Origin: Bacillota bacterium
GTDB lineage: Bacteria > Bacillota > Sulfobacillia > Fermentithermobacillales > Fermentithermobacillaceae
Assembly: GCA_040766225.1 (NCBI GenBank)
Contig: JAXGQX010000002.1
Span: forward strand, 90,243 to 154,242
DNA length: 64,000 bases
Direction: 5' to 3'
Below are positions 10,806-21,211 of this stretch, one piece after another. The notes beneath the pieces are model-generated. The model had not been told where the DNA came from, ran no database searches, and saw only the letters and a program-made list of their open reading frames with translations. Position 1 is the stretch's first letter. Each line of letters begins with the position of its first letter. The translations under genes were made by a program, and so were the position numbers.

Positions 10806-11856
10806 TTGTCTGACAGTGGACGTACTTCAGAAACGATCCTCAAGGTCGAGGGTCTGGTTGTTAAGTTCGGACTCCGCGGACAGGTGCTCACCGCGCTCCG
10901 CGGGATATCCCTGGCACTAAAAGAGGGCGAAAGCCTTGCCATCGTCGGTGAGTCAGGCGCCGGCAAGAGCGTTTTCACCAAGTGTTTCTTAGGCATGCTC
11001 GACGCCAACGGGTGGGTCGATTCCGGATCCATACTGTTTGAAGGCCAGGACTTAGCCAAGTTCAGTAAGGAGAAGGAGTGGCTTCGGATCCGGGGCAAAA
11101 AGATCGCCATGGTCTTTCAGGACCCCATGACGTCTCTGAACCCCCTCAAAACCGTGGGCAGTCAGATGCAGGAAGTAGTTGAGCTTCACCAGGACTACAA
11201 GGGGCGAAGACTCCAAGGAAGCGGACTGCCGAGATGCTTGACCGAGTCGGAATAGGTGACCCGGAGATGCGCTACCGCCAGTATCCCCACGAGTTTTCCG
11301 GCGGGATGAGGAGCCGGCGCGTGGTGATCGCCATAGCCGTCGCCTACGGCGAGAGGATATCGCTATGCGACGAGCAGGTACATGCCCTGGACGTGACTAT
11401 TATTCGGTACGAATCCTGGAGCTAATCAAGAATCTTCAGAGGCAGATGGGCCTTACCATAATCTACATCACCCATGACCTTGGCGTAGTGGCAAATGTCG
11501 CCGATAGCGTCGCCGTCATGTACGCGGGAGACATAGTGGAGTACGGCACGGCTGAAGAAGTCTTCTACGACCCTCGCCACCCGTATACCTGAAACTTGCT
11601 TTCGTCTCTGCCTCAACTGGGAATAAAGGGGTAAGCCCTTGTATCGTCCTGGGCGCCGCCGTGCCGCCGAAATCAAGGGAGATGCCTTCGCGCCCGCAAC
11701 CACGCCTTAGTGGCATCGATTTCTGGAGCGTCCTCCCTACTTCAAAATCCTCCCACTATGCCCGGACGTGGCACCCAGATCCTCGGGCGACTCGATTGTA
11801 CCGGAAGTATTTAAAGCATACCCGAAGTGACCGAAATACGAGAGGATGCGCGATGA
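10806..11856 (+). pseudogene. oppD: Oligopeptide ABC ATPase, copy 1 (frameshifted)
   Basis: [31 protein letters not shown] across frames; end approximate. Confidence 0.85.
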
Positions 11857-12781
11857 CCAGAGATGCCAGGGGAAGTTCTTATCGATATAAAGGATCTTGG
11901 GGTAGAGTTCAAGGTCGAGGAGAAAGCCGTTAAATCGCGGTCAAGGACGTATCCTTTCAGATCTATAAGGGGAGACTTTCGGGCTGGTCGGCGGGGCAAG
12001 TTCAGGCAAGACGACCATCGGTAGGGCAATCGCAGGATCAACGAAACTGCAGCCGGTATCGCAAGTTTCGCGGGCAGCAGATCCAACGTAATCCCAAAGA
12101 GCGCGACCACATGGTGACTCAGAAAATCGGATGATTTTCCAGGACGATGGCTTCCTTGAACGAGAGAGCAAAGGTAGACTACATCGTCTCGGAGGGTCTC
12201 TATAACACAAGGCGCTACAAGGATGAAGCCGACCGCCAGAGTAGGGTAAGAAAGCCCTTCTCGAAGTGGGTCTTCTCCCGAATTCGCATCTCCTTTCCCA
12301 CAGCGAGTTTTCCGGAGGTCAGCGCCAGCGCATCGGTGTGGCGAGAGCACTCATAATGGAGCCGGAATTCATCATCGCGGACGAGCCAATTTCGTCGTTG
12401 GACGTATCCATCAGAGCTCAGGTCCTAAACCTTCTGTCGTCGTTGCAGAAGGAAAAAGGCCTGACCTATATGTTCATCTCTCACGACCTCTCTGTGGTTC
12501 GGTTCATCGCTGATCGGGTGGCGGTTATCCATCGAGGGGAGATCGTGGAGCTGGCCGAGACCGAAGAGCTGTTCAGATACCCGCTGCATCCCTACACCAG
12601 GGCTCTCCTCTCAGCCATTCCCACACCGGATCCCAGGGTGGAGCGGGAAAAAAGAGTCCTTGTCTACGATCCTAGGAGCCATGACTACACTGACGACAAA
12701 CCGAAATGGGTGGAGATCAAAAGAGGACACTTCGTCATGGGAAACGGCGCCGAAATATCTCAGTACGAGGCGATGCTCTAG
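11853..12781 (+). pseudogene. oppF: Oligopeptide ABC ATPase, copy 1 (5' half frameshifted)
   Basis: [38 protein letters not shown]. Confidence 0.85.
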
Positions 12782-12808
12782 GAGAGGCACGCGGCGCGTC
12801 ACGGGCAT

Positions 12809-13222
12809 CTAGCGATAGTATGTCGCCCCGATGTCAAATACCGTGTAGAGTAACACCGTCAGGATGAAAAGCTGCAGGGCTGACCATAAGAGGGCCGGGA
12901 TAGGGTTCATAAGGAAGGACCTTACCCGGCCGTTTCTTTGGGATCCGTTTTCCGGCATACGGGTGGCCTGGTTGTCGCCGCTAGTTTTCTTGCCTGTTGG
13001 TGAAGCCTTCGGGGCACGAAACCCGACGGGATTTTTCCTCGTGTAGATGATCCAGGCCGCCAAGGCGTAAACGGCAGAGAACGCGCAGAGCAGTATGGAG
13101 AGGTGGTAAGTCCTACGAAACCCCCATAGCGCGATTGCCGAAGATAGTAGCGACGCCACCGCTGAAAGCAGGAGCCCATTTACAAAGGAGTCAAAATGGG
13201 TCAAGAGACTTCTTCCCCCCAA
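12809..13222 (-). CDS. Hypothetical membrane protein, paralog of 19446-19949
   Basis: About three hydrophobic segments; shares SF..GL.L, AIA.WGF, NPIP.LLWSA.Q with the second copy. Confidence 0.8.
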   Translation of the reverse strand: MGGRSLLTHFDSFVNGLLLSAVASLLSSAIALWGFRRTYHLSILLCAFSAVYALAAWIIYTRKNPVGFRAPKASPTGKKTSGDNQATRMPENGSQRNGRVRSFLMNPIPALLWSALQLFILTVLLYTVFDIGATYYR

Positions 13223-13574
13223 AGCGATTGTGACTCAATTATGGGCCTGCGACAGGAGAAATGTAAATCCGGAAGTCCCTGTAGCGCCTGCTCATCATCG
13301 CAGATGAGGGAATTGTGGACTGGCTCTAACTGGGGATAACTTGATGATTAACCTGGATAAACCCAAAAATGCGTTTTATGACAGGAATTCTGACAACGCG
13401 CGTTGAATAGCCGTCTGTCGCGGTAATAAAGCCGCTCACGCTTTTTACACATGGTTCGTCGGCCGTAAGGTAAATAGCGGACGGGGGTGGTTCTAAGAAG
13501 AGGGAACTTCACGAGTGTTTGCACACCTCTTTTTCATTTCGGTGTCGAGACAATTAGGAACAAGGAGGATAAGA

Positions 13575-15431
13575 ATGAAGAGATTTGTTGCCCTGCTGAT
13601 GCTCGTGGCTATGGCCGCCGCCGTCGGCGCGTGCACCCCGAAGGAGCCCCCGCCTCCCGTCAGCAACTTGAGACCTTCGGAGGACTACAACACGGTCTAC
13701 TCCAGCGAGCTTACCGGCATCAACTATCTGGTGACCAGCACTACGCTGGAGTTCGGCGTCGCCGCCAACTGCGTCGACGGCTTAGTCGAACACAACAATC
13801 TGGGTATCATTCAGCCTGCTCTCGCCGAGAGCTGGACTGTCAGTGATGACGGATTGGTCTGGACCTTCAAGATAAGACCCGGCGTCAAGTGGGTTACTTA
13901 CGAAGGCGAGGAGTATGCCGAAGTAGTAGCTCAGGACTGGGTCGACGCCCATAAGTACGGGTTCAACCCGGAAAACGCTTCCAAGAACGCCAACGTGGTC
14001 TATGAGGCCGTGAAGAACGGCAAGGCTTATTATGACGGAGAGATCACCGATTGGGAGCAAGTGGGCATCAAAGCGCTGGATAAGTACACCCTTCAGTACA
14101 CCCTGAACCGGCCTATCCCCTACTTCCTTACAATGCTGACATACGTATCGTTCCTGCCGGTCAACGGTCAGTTCTTGGCCGAGTGCGGCGAGAGCTTCGG
14201 AACCGATCACACCAAGATCCTGTACTGCGGCGCCTATCGTATTTCCGAGTGGGAGCCCCAGAACTTCCGCACCATGGTCAAGAACGAGACATACTGGGAT
14301 GCGGACAACATTCACATCAAGCAGATGAACTACAGGTACAACAAAGAAGCCAGCACGCTCGCCCCGGACCTGTTCCTGCAGGGAGAGATCAGCTCGACCG
14401 GCATACCGAGCACCGTCCTGAACGACTGGCTGAACGACCCCGAGCGCAAGGAAATGGTTACGCCGAACCTTCCGAGCACGTACAGCTACTTCTACGCGTT
14501 CAACTTTGATCCGAACTTCCCGGAGGAGTACGAGCCGGAGAACTGGAAAGTTGTCGTGAACAACAAGAACTTCCGTAAGTCCTTGTTCCACGCACTAGAC
14601 CGGGAAGCTGCGATGCTTACGGCCGAGCCGTTCAACCCGAAGTCTCGAATCATCAACACCGTGACCCCCCCGAACTTTGTCTCCATGGCGGGCAAGGACT
14701 TCGTAGACTACGGACCGCTGAAGAAGTTCACTGACACGGATAGCTTCAACCCGACCGAGGCCGTGAAGTTCCGCGACCTCGCCAAGGCCGAACTAGAGGG
14801 CAAGGCCACTTTCCCTGTGAAAGTGTATATGCCCTACAACGCCTCGGGTTCTGAGTGGACCAACAGGTGCGTTGTCGTCGAGCAGCAGCTGGAAGGCCTC
14901 TTGGGAGCCGACTACATCGACGTCATTCCCGTTGGTTTCCCGAGCACCAACTTCCTGAGTGTTACCAGGAGAGCCGGTAACTACGCGTTCCAGGAATGCA
15001 ACTGGGGACCTGACTACGCTGACCCCGAGACCTACGCGGACCCCTTCTACCCCCCTGCCGGAATGAACTACAACTGGCCGGATAAGGCTGAAGGATACAC
15101 CGACGAAAACGGCCTAAGCCACTATCAGAACATGGTAGACGCGGCAAAGGCTGAGGTCGTCGACTTGGAGAGGCGTTTCGAGTTGTTCGCTGAAGCTGAG
15201 GCATGGCTCATTGAAGAAGCCATGATCATTCCTTACGGAGTTGGAGGCGGCGGATACTCCGCGACCAAGGCCGAGCCGTTCACTGCCCCGTACGCCCCGT
15301 TCGGCATGGACAGCTTGAAGTGGAAGGGCCAGGTCATCATGGATAAGCCCATGAACATGGAGCAGTATGAACAGGCCAAAGCCAAGTGGGAAGCTGACCG
15401 CGCCGCAGCTTTGGCAGCTCAAGGCAAGTAG
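13575..15431 (+). CDS. oppA: Oligopeptide ABC transporter substrate-binding lipoprotein, copy 2 (AmiA/AliA-like)
   Basis: AAGGAGG RBS, lipobox VGAC, LAESWTVSDDGLVWTFKIRPGVKW family-5 SBP signature. Confidence 0.95.
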   Translation: MKRFVALLMLVAMAAAVGACTPKEPPPPVSNLRPSEDYNTVYSSELTGINYLVTSTTLEFGVAANCVDGLVEHNNLGIIQPALAESWTVSDDGLVWTFKIRPGVKWVTYEGEEYAEVVAQDWVDAHKYGFNPENASKNANVVYEAVKNGKAYYDGEITDWEQVGIKALDKYTLQYTLNRPIPYFLTMLTYVSFLPVNGQFLAECGESFGTDHTKILYCGAYRISEWEPQNFRTMVKNETYWDADNIHIKQMNYRYNKEASTLAPDLFLQGEISSTGIPSTVLNDWLNDPERKEMVTPNLPSTYSYFYAFNFDPNFPEEYEPENWKVVVNNKNFRKSLFHALDREAAMLTAEPFNPKSRIINTVTPPNFVSMAGKDFVDYGPLKKFTDTDSFNPTEAVKFRDLAKAELEGKATFPVKVYMPYNASGSEWTNRCVVVEQQLEGLLGADYIDVIPVGFPSTNFLSVTRRAGNYAFQECNWGPDYADPETYADPFYPPAGMNYNWPDKAEGYTDENGLSHYQNMVDAAKAEVVDLERRFELFAEAEAWLIEEAMIIPYGVGGGGYSATKAEPFTAPYAPFGMDSLKWKGQVIMDKPMNMEQYEQAKAKWEADRAAALAAQGK

Positions 15432-15440
15432 ACCCTATTG

Positions 15441-15484
15441 AGACCTAAAGAGAAGGCCGCCCTGGTGGCGGTCTTCTCTTAGGT
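15441..15484 (+). terminator. Long hairpin between oppA2 and oppB2
   Basis: AAGAGAAGGCCGCC-CTGGT-GGCGGTCTTCTCTT. Confidence 0.65.
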
Positions 15485-15521
15485 TACCGGAATTCCCGTG
15501 CGTAATCCGATGTGAGGTGCT

Positions 15522-16475
15522 GTGCGGACCATGCTTAGATACACCATAAGACGGTTATGGCAATCGGCTGTGACCGTGTTCATCGTGATCACGGTCGTAT
15601 TCCTCTTGATGCGCATGCTTCCTGTCGAGGGGTACTTTGAGGACAACTACGACAAGCTGGAGCCCGACCAAAGGGAGAACATCTTGCGGAGCCTAGGCTT
15701 ACTGGAGCCTTGGCACGTTCAACTCCGTAACTTTTACGCCAGTCTTCTCAGGGGAGATTTGGGCAAGTCCATTGTCTATCGCCCCAAAGTGGATATCACT
15801 ACCATTTTGAAGACCAAGATTCCCTACTCTGTTCGATTCGGCCTGACCGCGATGACCATCTCGTTGACCGCGGGACTAGCCATGGGTGTTACCCAAGCCC
15901 GTCACAAAGGGAAATTGCTCGATCGCATTTTTACTGTATACATCGTTTTCATAAGCGCGGTGCCTGCCGCCGTCTACTTGATCTTCATCCAGCTCTTCGC
16001 GTCCAAGAACCTCCATTTGCCCATGCTGTTCGATCGCGGCAAACCCATAAGCTGGATCCTGCCGTCCATATCCATGTCTTTGGGCGGAATCGCGGGTTAT
16101 GCCATGTGGATGCGGCGTTATATGGTAGACGAACTGAACAAGGACTACATCAGGTTGGCACGGGCCAAGGGGATGTCGGGAACCGCTATTATGATAAAGC
16201 ATGTCATGAGAAACGCTTTTGTGCCCATGGCTCAGTACTTGCCCGCGTCTGTTTTGTTCACCATCTCCGGGTCAATCTACATCGAGTCTTTGTACTCGAT
16301 CCCAGGGATGGGCGGACTATTGGTAGACGCCATTGGCCGCCAGGACAACACCCTTGTTCAGGCCCTGGTGCTCATTTTCTCGACCTTGGGGATAGTCGGC
16401 TTGTTCCTCGGCGACTTGGCTATGGCCACCTTTGATCCCCGCATCAAGCTCTCCAGGCGAGGGGGTTCAAGGTGA
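15522..16475 (+). CDS. oppB: Oligopeptide ABC permease, copy 2
   Basis: Intact ORF, EAA motif DELNKDYIRLARAKG. Confidence 0.95.
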   Translation: MRTMLRYTIRRLWQSAVTVFIVITVVFLLMRMLPVEGYFEDNYDKLEPDQRENILRSLGLLEPWHVQLRNFYASLLRGDLGKSIVYRPKVDITTILKTKIPYSVRFGLTAMTISLTAGLAMGVTQARHKGKLLDRIFTVYIVFISAVPAAVYLIFIQLFASKNLHLPMLFDRGKPISWILPSISMSLGGIAGYAMWMRRYMVDELNKDYIRLARAKGMSGTAIMIKHVMRNAFVPMAQYLPASVLFTISGSIYIESLYSIPGMGGLLVDAIGRQDNTLVQALVLIFSTLGIVGLFLGDLAMATFDPRIKLSRRGGSR

Positions 16476-17443
16476 TGGCTTCCCGAGAAGAAAAGACTAT
16501 TCAAGCTATCGAAGACCAGGCGATGTTCGAGTTCGCCGAGTTTGATGAAGAGGCCGGCGAGAGGACCGGTTACTCCAACTATTCTTACTGGGGTTCAACC
16601 GTCAGGGCGTTCTTGAAGAACAAGACCGCCGTCTTTATGCTTTGCACCATGATCGTCATGTTGGCCTTCACGTTCATACAGCCTTACTTGCCGAACCAGA
16701 AAATCGCGACCAAAGTCTACCTCGATCCGGCTACGGGACGTCAGTTGATGAACCAGAAGCCCAACCGCGAGTTTTGGTTCGGCACCAATTCCATTGGGCA
16801 AGACCTTTGGTCAATGATCTGGAGTGGGACCAGGACTTCTCTTCTCATCGCGTTCATCGTGGGAATTTGGGAAGTCGGTTTCGGGATAGCGTTCGGGGCT
16901 TTATGGGGGTACGTGAGGCAGTTGGACGCGCTCATCACCGAGATCTACAACGTGATTCACAACATCCCGACCACCATCGTCATGACGCTCCTGGCTTACA
17001 TCTTGCGACCGAGTTTCAACACCATGATCATCGCCATGTGCGCCACAGGCTGGTTAGGCATGGCGCGTTTCGTGAGGAATCAGATCGTGATCATCCGAGA
17101 CCGGGAGTATAACCTCGCCTCAAGGTGCCTGGGCACCCCAACGTCCCGTATCATCATGAGGAACCTTCTTCCCTATCTGGTTTCGGTCATCGTGATGCGC
17201 ATCGCGCTTTCGATCCCCGGTACCATCGGGTGGGAAGTGTTCTTGACGTACATCGGGTTGGGCTTGCCGGTAAACACTCCGTCCCTCGGCAACTTGGTAA
17301 ACGAAGGCCGGCGTATAATCATGTCGCCGAGCCAGCGGTACCAGCTTGTCTTCCCTGCCGTGGTGTTGTCGATTATCACAATTTCATTCTACGTGATGGG
17401 CAACGCTCTCTCAGACGCTGCCGATCCTCGCAATCACTATTAG
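16472..17443 (+). CDS. oppC: Oligopeptide ABC permease, copy 2
   Basis: Intact ORF, WFGTNSIGQDLW, REYNLASRCLG. Confidence 0.95.
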   Translation: MMASREEKTIQAIEDQAMFEFAEFDEEAGERTGYSNYSYWGSTVRAFLKNKTAVFMLCTMIVMLAFTFIQPYLPNQKIATKVYLDPATGRQLMNQKPNREFWFGTNSIGQDLWSMIWSGTRTSLLIAFIVGIWEVGFGIAFGALWGYVRQLDALITEIYNVIHNIPTTIVMTLLAYILRPSFNTMIIAMCATGWLGMARFVRNQIVIIRDREYNLASRCLGTPTSRIIMRNLLPYLVSVIVMRIALSIPGTIGWEVFLTYIGLGLPVNTPSLGNLVNEGRRIIMSPSQRYQLVFPAVVLSIITISFYVMGNALSDAADPRNHY

Positions 17444-17455
17444 GAGGCGGAAGCG

Positions 17456-18495
17456 ATGCGTGAGCCTATTCTGTCAGCTAAAGACGTAGTCGTGAAATTC
17501 AGCCTTCGTGGCCAGGTACTTACAGCCATTCGTGGGGCGTCTCTTGACCTTTACGAGGGAAGGCCATGGCGATAGTCAGGGAGTCCGGGTCAGGCAAGAG
17601 CGTGTTCACAAAAACTTTCTTAGGTATGCTTGACGCCAACGGCTGGGTGGATTCCGGTTCCATCATGTTTGAGGGCAAAGACCTGGCTAAGTACAAGACA
17701 GAGAAAGAGTGGCTAGAGATCAGGGGAAAGAAGATCGCCATGATATTCCAAGACCCCATGACCGCTCTAAACCCGCTTAGGACCGTGGGAATGCAGATAC
17801 GTGAAGTGCTGGAACTGCACCAGGGACTACGAGGCGACGAGGCTAAGGCCAAGACCATCGAGATACTGAGCCAGGTGGGGATCGACAACCCGTCAATGCG
17901 GTATTCCCAATATCCTCACGAGTTTTCGGGAGGGATGAGGCAGAGAGTGGTTATCGCGATAGCGGTGGCCTGCAACCCGAAGATCCTCATCTGTGACGAA
18001 CCTACCACCGCCTTGGACGTGACCATTCAGGCTCAGATCTTAGAACTCATCCGGAGCCTTCAAAAGCAGCTGAACCTGACAATCATCTACATCACCCACG
18101 ACCTGGGCGTGGTCGCCAACGTAGCCGAGAGGGTCGCGGTGATGTACGCGGGAGATATCATAGAGTACGGTACGTCCGAGGAGATCTTCTACGATGCCCG
18201 TCACCCTTACACCTGGGCGCTCTTGTCTTCCCTCCCCCAGTTGGGAATAAAGGGCCAGCCGCTGTACTCGATCAAGGGGACCCCTCCGAACCTGTTCACC
18301 GAGATAGCGGGCGACGCTTTCGCGCCAAGAAACCCACAGGCTTTGAAGATCGATTTTGCGAAGCGTCCCCCCTATTTCAAGGTTTCCGAGACTCACATCG
18401 CCCGCACGTGGCTGCTTCACCCACAAGCTCCGAGAGTTGAGCCTCCGGACACCATAAAGGCCATGCGGGCCAAATACGAGAGGGAAGCGATATGA
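17456..18495 (+). CDS. oppD: Oligopeptide ABC ATPase, copy 2 (one apparent frameshift ~17560)
   Basis: GGAGG-ATG 17456 ([10 protein letters not shown]), [27 protein letters not shown]. Confidence 0.9.
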
Positions 18496-19433
18496 CAACC
18501 GATACAAGGGAAGTACTGATCGATATTGAGGGCTTGCGGGTGGAGTTCAAAGTCCGTGGGCGCAAACCGTTTGTCGCCGTTAAGGACGTCTCTCTAAAGA
18601 TCTACAAGGGCGAGACGTTCGGGCTAGTCGGCGAAACCGGTTCAGGCAAAACGACCATCGGTAGAGCAATCATAAGGATCAACGAGACGGCAGCCGGCGT
18701 CATAAAGTTTCGCGGGCAGCAGATCAACGGCGTAATCCCCAAAGAGCGCGACCGCATGGTGACTCAGAAAATCCAGATGATTTTCCAGGACCCGATGGCT
18801 TCCTTGAACGAGAGAGCAAAGGTAGACTACATCGTCTCGGAGGGTCTCTATAACACAAAGAACTACAAGGATGAAGCCGACCGCCAGGCCAAGGTAGAGA
18901 AAGCCCTTCTCGAAGTGGGTCTTCTCCCGGAGTTCGCGTCTCGCTTTCCCCACGAGTTCTCGGGTGGGCAGCGCCAACGCATCGGAGTAGCGAGAGCCTT
19001 GATAATGGAGCCCGAGTTCATCATCGCGGACGAGCCTATTTCGTCGTTGGACGTGTCCATCAGAGCTCAGGTTCTAAACCTCCTGTCGTCGTTGCAGAAG
19101 GAAAAAGGCCTGACGTACATGTTCATCTCCCACGACCTTTCGGTGGTCAGGTTCATAGCCGACCGCATCGCAGTTATCCACAAAGGACAAATCGTGGAGT
19201 TGGCCGAGACCGAGGAGCTCTTCAGGAATCCGCTGCATCCCTATACCCGGGCGCTGTTGTCAGCTATCCCAACTCCGGATCCGAGAGTGGAGCGGGAAAA
19301 ACGGGTGTTGGTGTACGACCCCAGATGCCACGACTACTCGGTGGATAAGCCCAAATGGACTGAGATAAGACGCGGTCACTTTGTCTATGGGAACGAGGCC
19401 GAGTTGTCCCAATACGAAAGGATGATTGATTAG
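18492..19433 (+). CDS. oppF: Oligopeptide ABC ATPase, copy 2
   Basis: [25 protein letters not shown]. Confidence 0.95.
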   Translation: MTTDTREVLIDIEGLRVEFKVRGRKPFVAVKDVSLKIYKGETFGLVGETGSGKTTIGRAIIRINETAAGVIKFRGQQINGVIPKERDRMVTQKIQMIFQDPMASLNERAKVDYIVSEGLYNTKNYKDEADRQAKVEKALLEVGLLPEFASRFPHEFSGGQRQRIGVARALIMEPEFIIADEPISSLDVSIRAQVLNLLSSLQKEKGLTYMFISHDLSVVRFIADRIAVIHKGQIVELAETEELFRNPLHPYTRALLSAIPTPDPRVEREKRVLVYDPRCHDYSVDKPKWTEIRRGHFVYGNEAELSQYERMID

Positions 19434-19445
19434 CCGGGGATTGGC

Positions 19446-19949
19446 TTAGGTGTGAAACTTGGATCCGATCCCGTAGACCTCATACAGAAATACGGACAGG
19501 ACAGCGATCTGCACGGCGGACCAAAGCAGAACTGGGATGGGATTTTCCAGGACGGACTTGGGGCTTTCCTTGATCGGGCCCGGGTCTCTCGGTCTTCGCC
19601 TGACCAGTCCGTTCTCGTCTCGCACTAAGATCAACTCTGCCCCGGAGACCTTGTCTTCGGGCAAATCTTTGGTCTCGGCGCTTTCGAAGTGTCCCATGGT
19701 CGTCTGGGCAGGCTTGTTCTTGGAGTTTGGGTTTAGCGCAAGGAAACCGGTCTTCCTTAGGTAGAGGAGCCACGCCAGAAGGACGCAAAGGGTCATAAAG
19801 ACCGGCAGGAGCTGGGCCAGGTAGTAGAGGTTACCGAAACCCCAATGGGCGATGGCGAAGGACACGACTGTAACCATGAGTGTCAGCCCAAGCCCGTAAC
19901 AAAAGGATTTCGGAGAGGTCACGATTATCACCCACTGCAATAATAGCAT
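19446..19949 (-). CDS. Hypothetical membrane protein, paralog of 12809-13222
   Basis: Hydrophobic helices with a charged linker; shared motifs with copy 1; start uncertain. Confidence 0.8.
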   Translation of the reverse strand: MLLLQWVIIVTSPKSFCYGLGLTLMVTVVSFAIAHWGFGNLYYLAQLLPVFMTLCVLLAWLLYLRKTGFLALNPNSKNKPAQTTMGHFESAETKDLPEDKVSGAELILVRDENGLVRRRPRDPGPIKESPKSVLENPIPVLLWSAVQIAVLSVFLYEVYGIGSKFHT

Positions 19950-19972
19950 ATGGGAGACGGGGTGATTGTCCC

Positions 19973-21178
19973 TTGTTTTCTGGATTCTCGGGCAAGATAA
20001 AAAGTCTTAGCGTGTATTGGTGTCTTTGGGCGCTTCTGTTCGTGTCTTTGGCGGTATTGCCCGCCTGTTCGCCAAAGGCGCCCGCGTCAGAGCCGCAGGT
20101 GCCGGTAGGCCAGGTAAAGGTGACCTTACAAGGAGGCATTTCCCGCTTCCTTGAATCCGTGGACTACTGCGATCGCGAAGAAGTTTTCTCGGTTAGGTTA
20201 GCTGTTGACGGACAGAAGGTTACTCTCTCGGGGGAAGTCTCGGATTCGGCCCACAAAGACGCTATGCTTCTGGCCATCTCCGGCCTAGTCCCCGGAATAG
20301 AGATCGTAGATAGCATCACAGTCCTCCCCCACCCATCTTTGGGAGACAACTGCTGGGGAGTAGTGAAGGTCCCGGTGGTGGACCTAGGTGATGGGCCCGG
20401 CAGTTCCGGGGGCGACCATACGGTGACTCAAGCCAGAATGGGAGACCGGCTAAGGCTCCTAAAGGAAAGCCAGGGCTGGTACCTCTGCCAGATGGACGAC
20501 AATTACCTGGGTTGGGTCGGCTCTTCCGACATCTATGTGACCGACAAAGACCCGGAGCGGTCCTTCTTCTCCGGTGAAGCGGCGTTGGTCGCATCGAAGA
20601 TGACTTCCGCCTATCTGAGCCCGGGCGGGGACTTGGCTCTAGAGGAGAACCTGGTTCAGGGGACCGTACTTCCCTTTTTGGGTGTTTCGGACGCTTGGGC
20701 GAGTCTACGCCTTCCGGGCGGCCCGGAAATATGGGTTAAGGCCGAAGACGTGACCCACTTCGACTCATATGGCGAGGTCTTCGCCCAAAAGAAGGGCGCC
20801 CAAGGGGTTATCGAGACGGCCAAGCAGTACGTCGGTCTCCCCTATCTCTGGGCAGGATGCACTTCCGTGGGGTTTGACTGTTCGGGTCTCACCCAGTATT
20901 GCATGAAGATGAACGGATACCGCATCCGCAGGGATGCGGACATGCAGCAGGAACAAGGCGACCCAGTGGCCAAGGAGGACCTTATACCCGGAGACTTGGT
21001 GTTCTTCTCGAAAAACGGACGGAGCGCCTCCCATGTCGGCATCTACATGGGCGATTCCCTGTACATCCACTCTGCCGGCGGTAGCGGAGTCGGCATCAAC
21101 AGTTTTGACCCTTCCCACCCGGACTACCTGAAGTCTCGGGACGATACCTATCTGTGTGCGCGCAGGATAATCAAGTAG
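19973..21178 (+). CDS. Lipoprotein with BON-like, SH3b and NlpC/P60 (YkfC-like) domains
   Basis: TTG start after GGGGTG, lipobox LPAC, VTLSGEV..V.SITV (BON-like), PYLWAG..GFDCSG and HVGIY..YIHS catalytic motifs. Confidence 0.85.
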   Translation: MFSGFSGKIKSLSVYWCLWALLFVSLAVLPACSPKAPASEPQVPVGQVKVTLQGGISRFLESVDYCDREEVFSVRLAVDGQKVTLSGEVSDSAHKDAMLLAISGLVPGIEIVDSITVLPHPSLGDNCWGVVKVPVVDLGDGPGSSGGDHTVTQARMGDRLRLLKESQGWYLCQMDDNYLGWVGSSDIYVTDKDPERSFFSGEAALVASKMTSAYLSPGGDLALEENLVQGTVLPFLGVSDAWASLRLPGGPEIWVKAEDVTHFDSYGEVFAQKKGAQGVIETAKQYVGLPYLWAGCTSVGFDCSGLTQYCMKMNGYRIRRDADMQQEQGDPVAKEDLIPGDLVFFSKNGRSASHVGIYMGDSLYIHSAGGSGVGINSFDPSHPDYLKSRDDTYLCARRIIK

Positions 21179-21211
21179 GTCCTCCCCGGCAGAACGGACC
21201 GAAAGAATTGT

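Noticed and set aside
13375-13400. CodY box upstream of oppA2 (GGAATTCTGACAACG)
   Set aside because: Too many mismatches to AATTTTCWGAAAATT.
13782-14591. Long antisense or overlapping ORFs (13782-14591, also 37418-38155, 63139-63804 and others)
   Set aside because: They overlap well-supported genes and are expected by-products of high GC and codon bias; no motifs or RBS beyond the real genes they contain.
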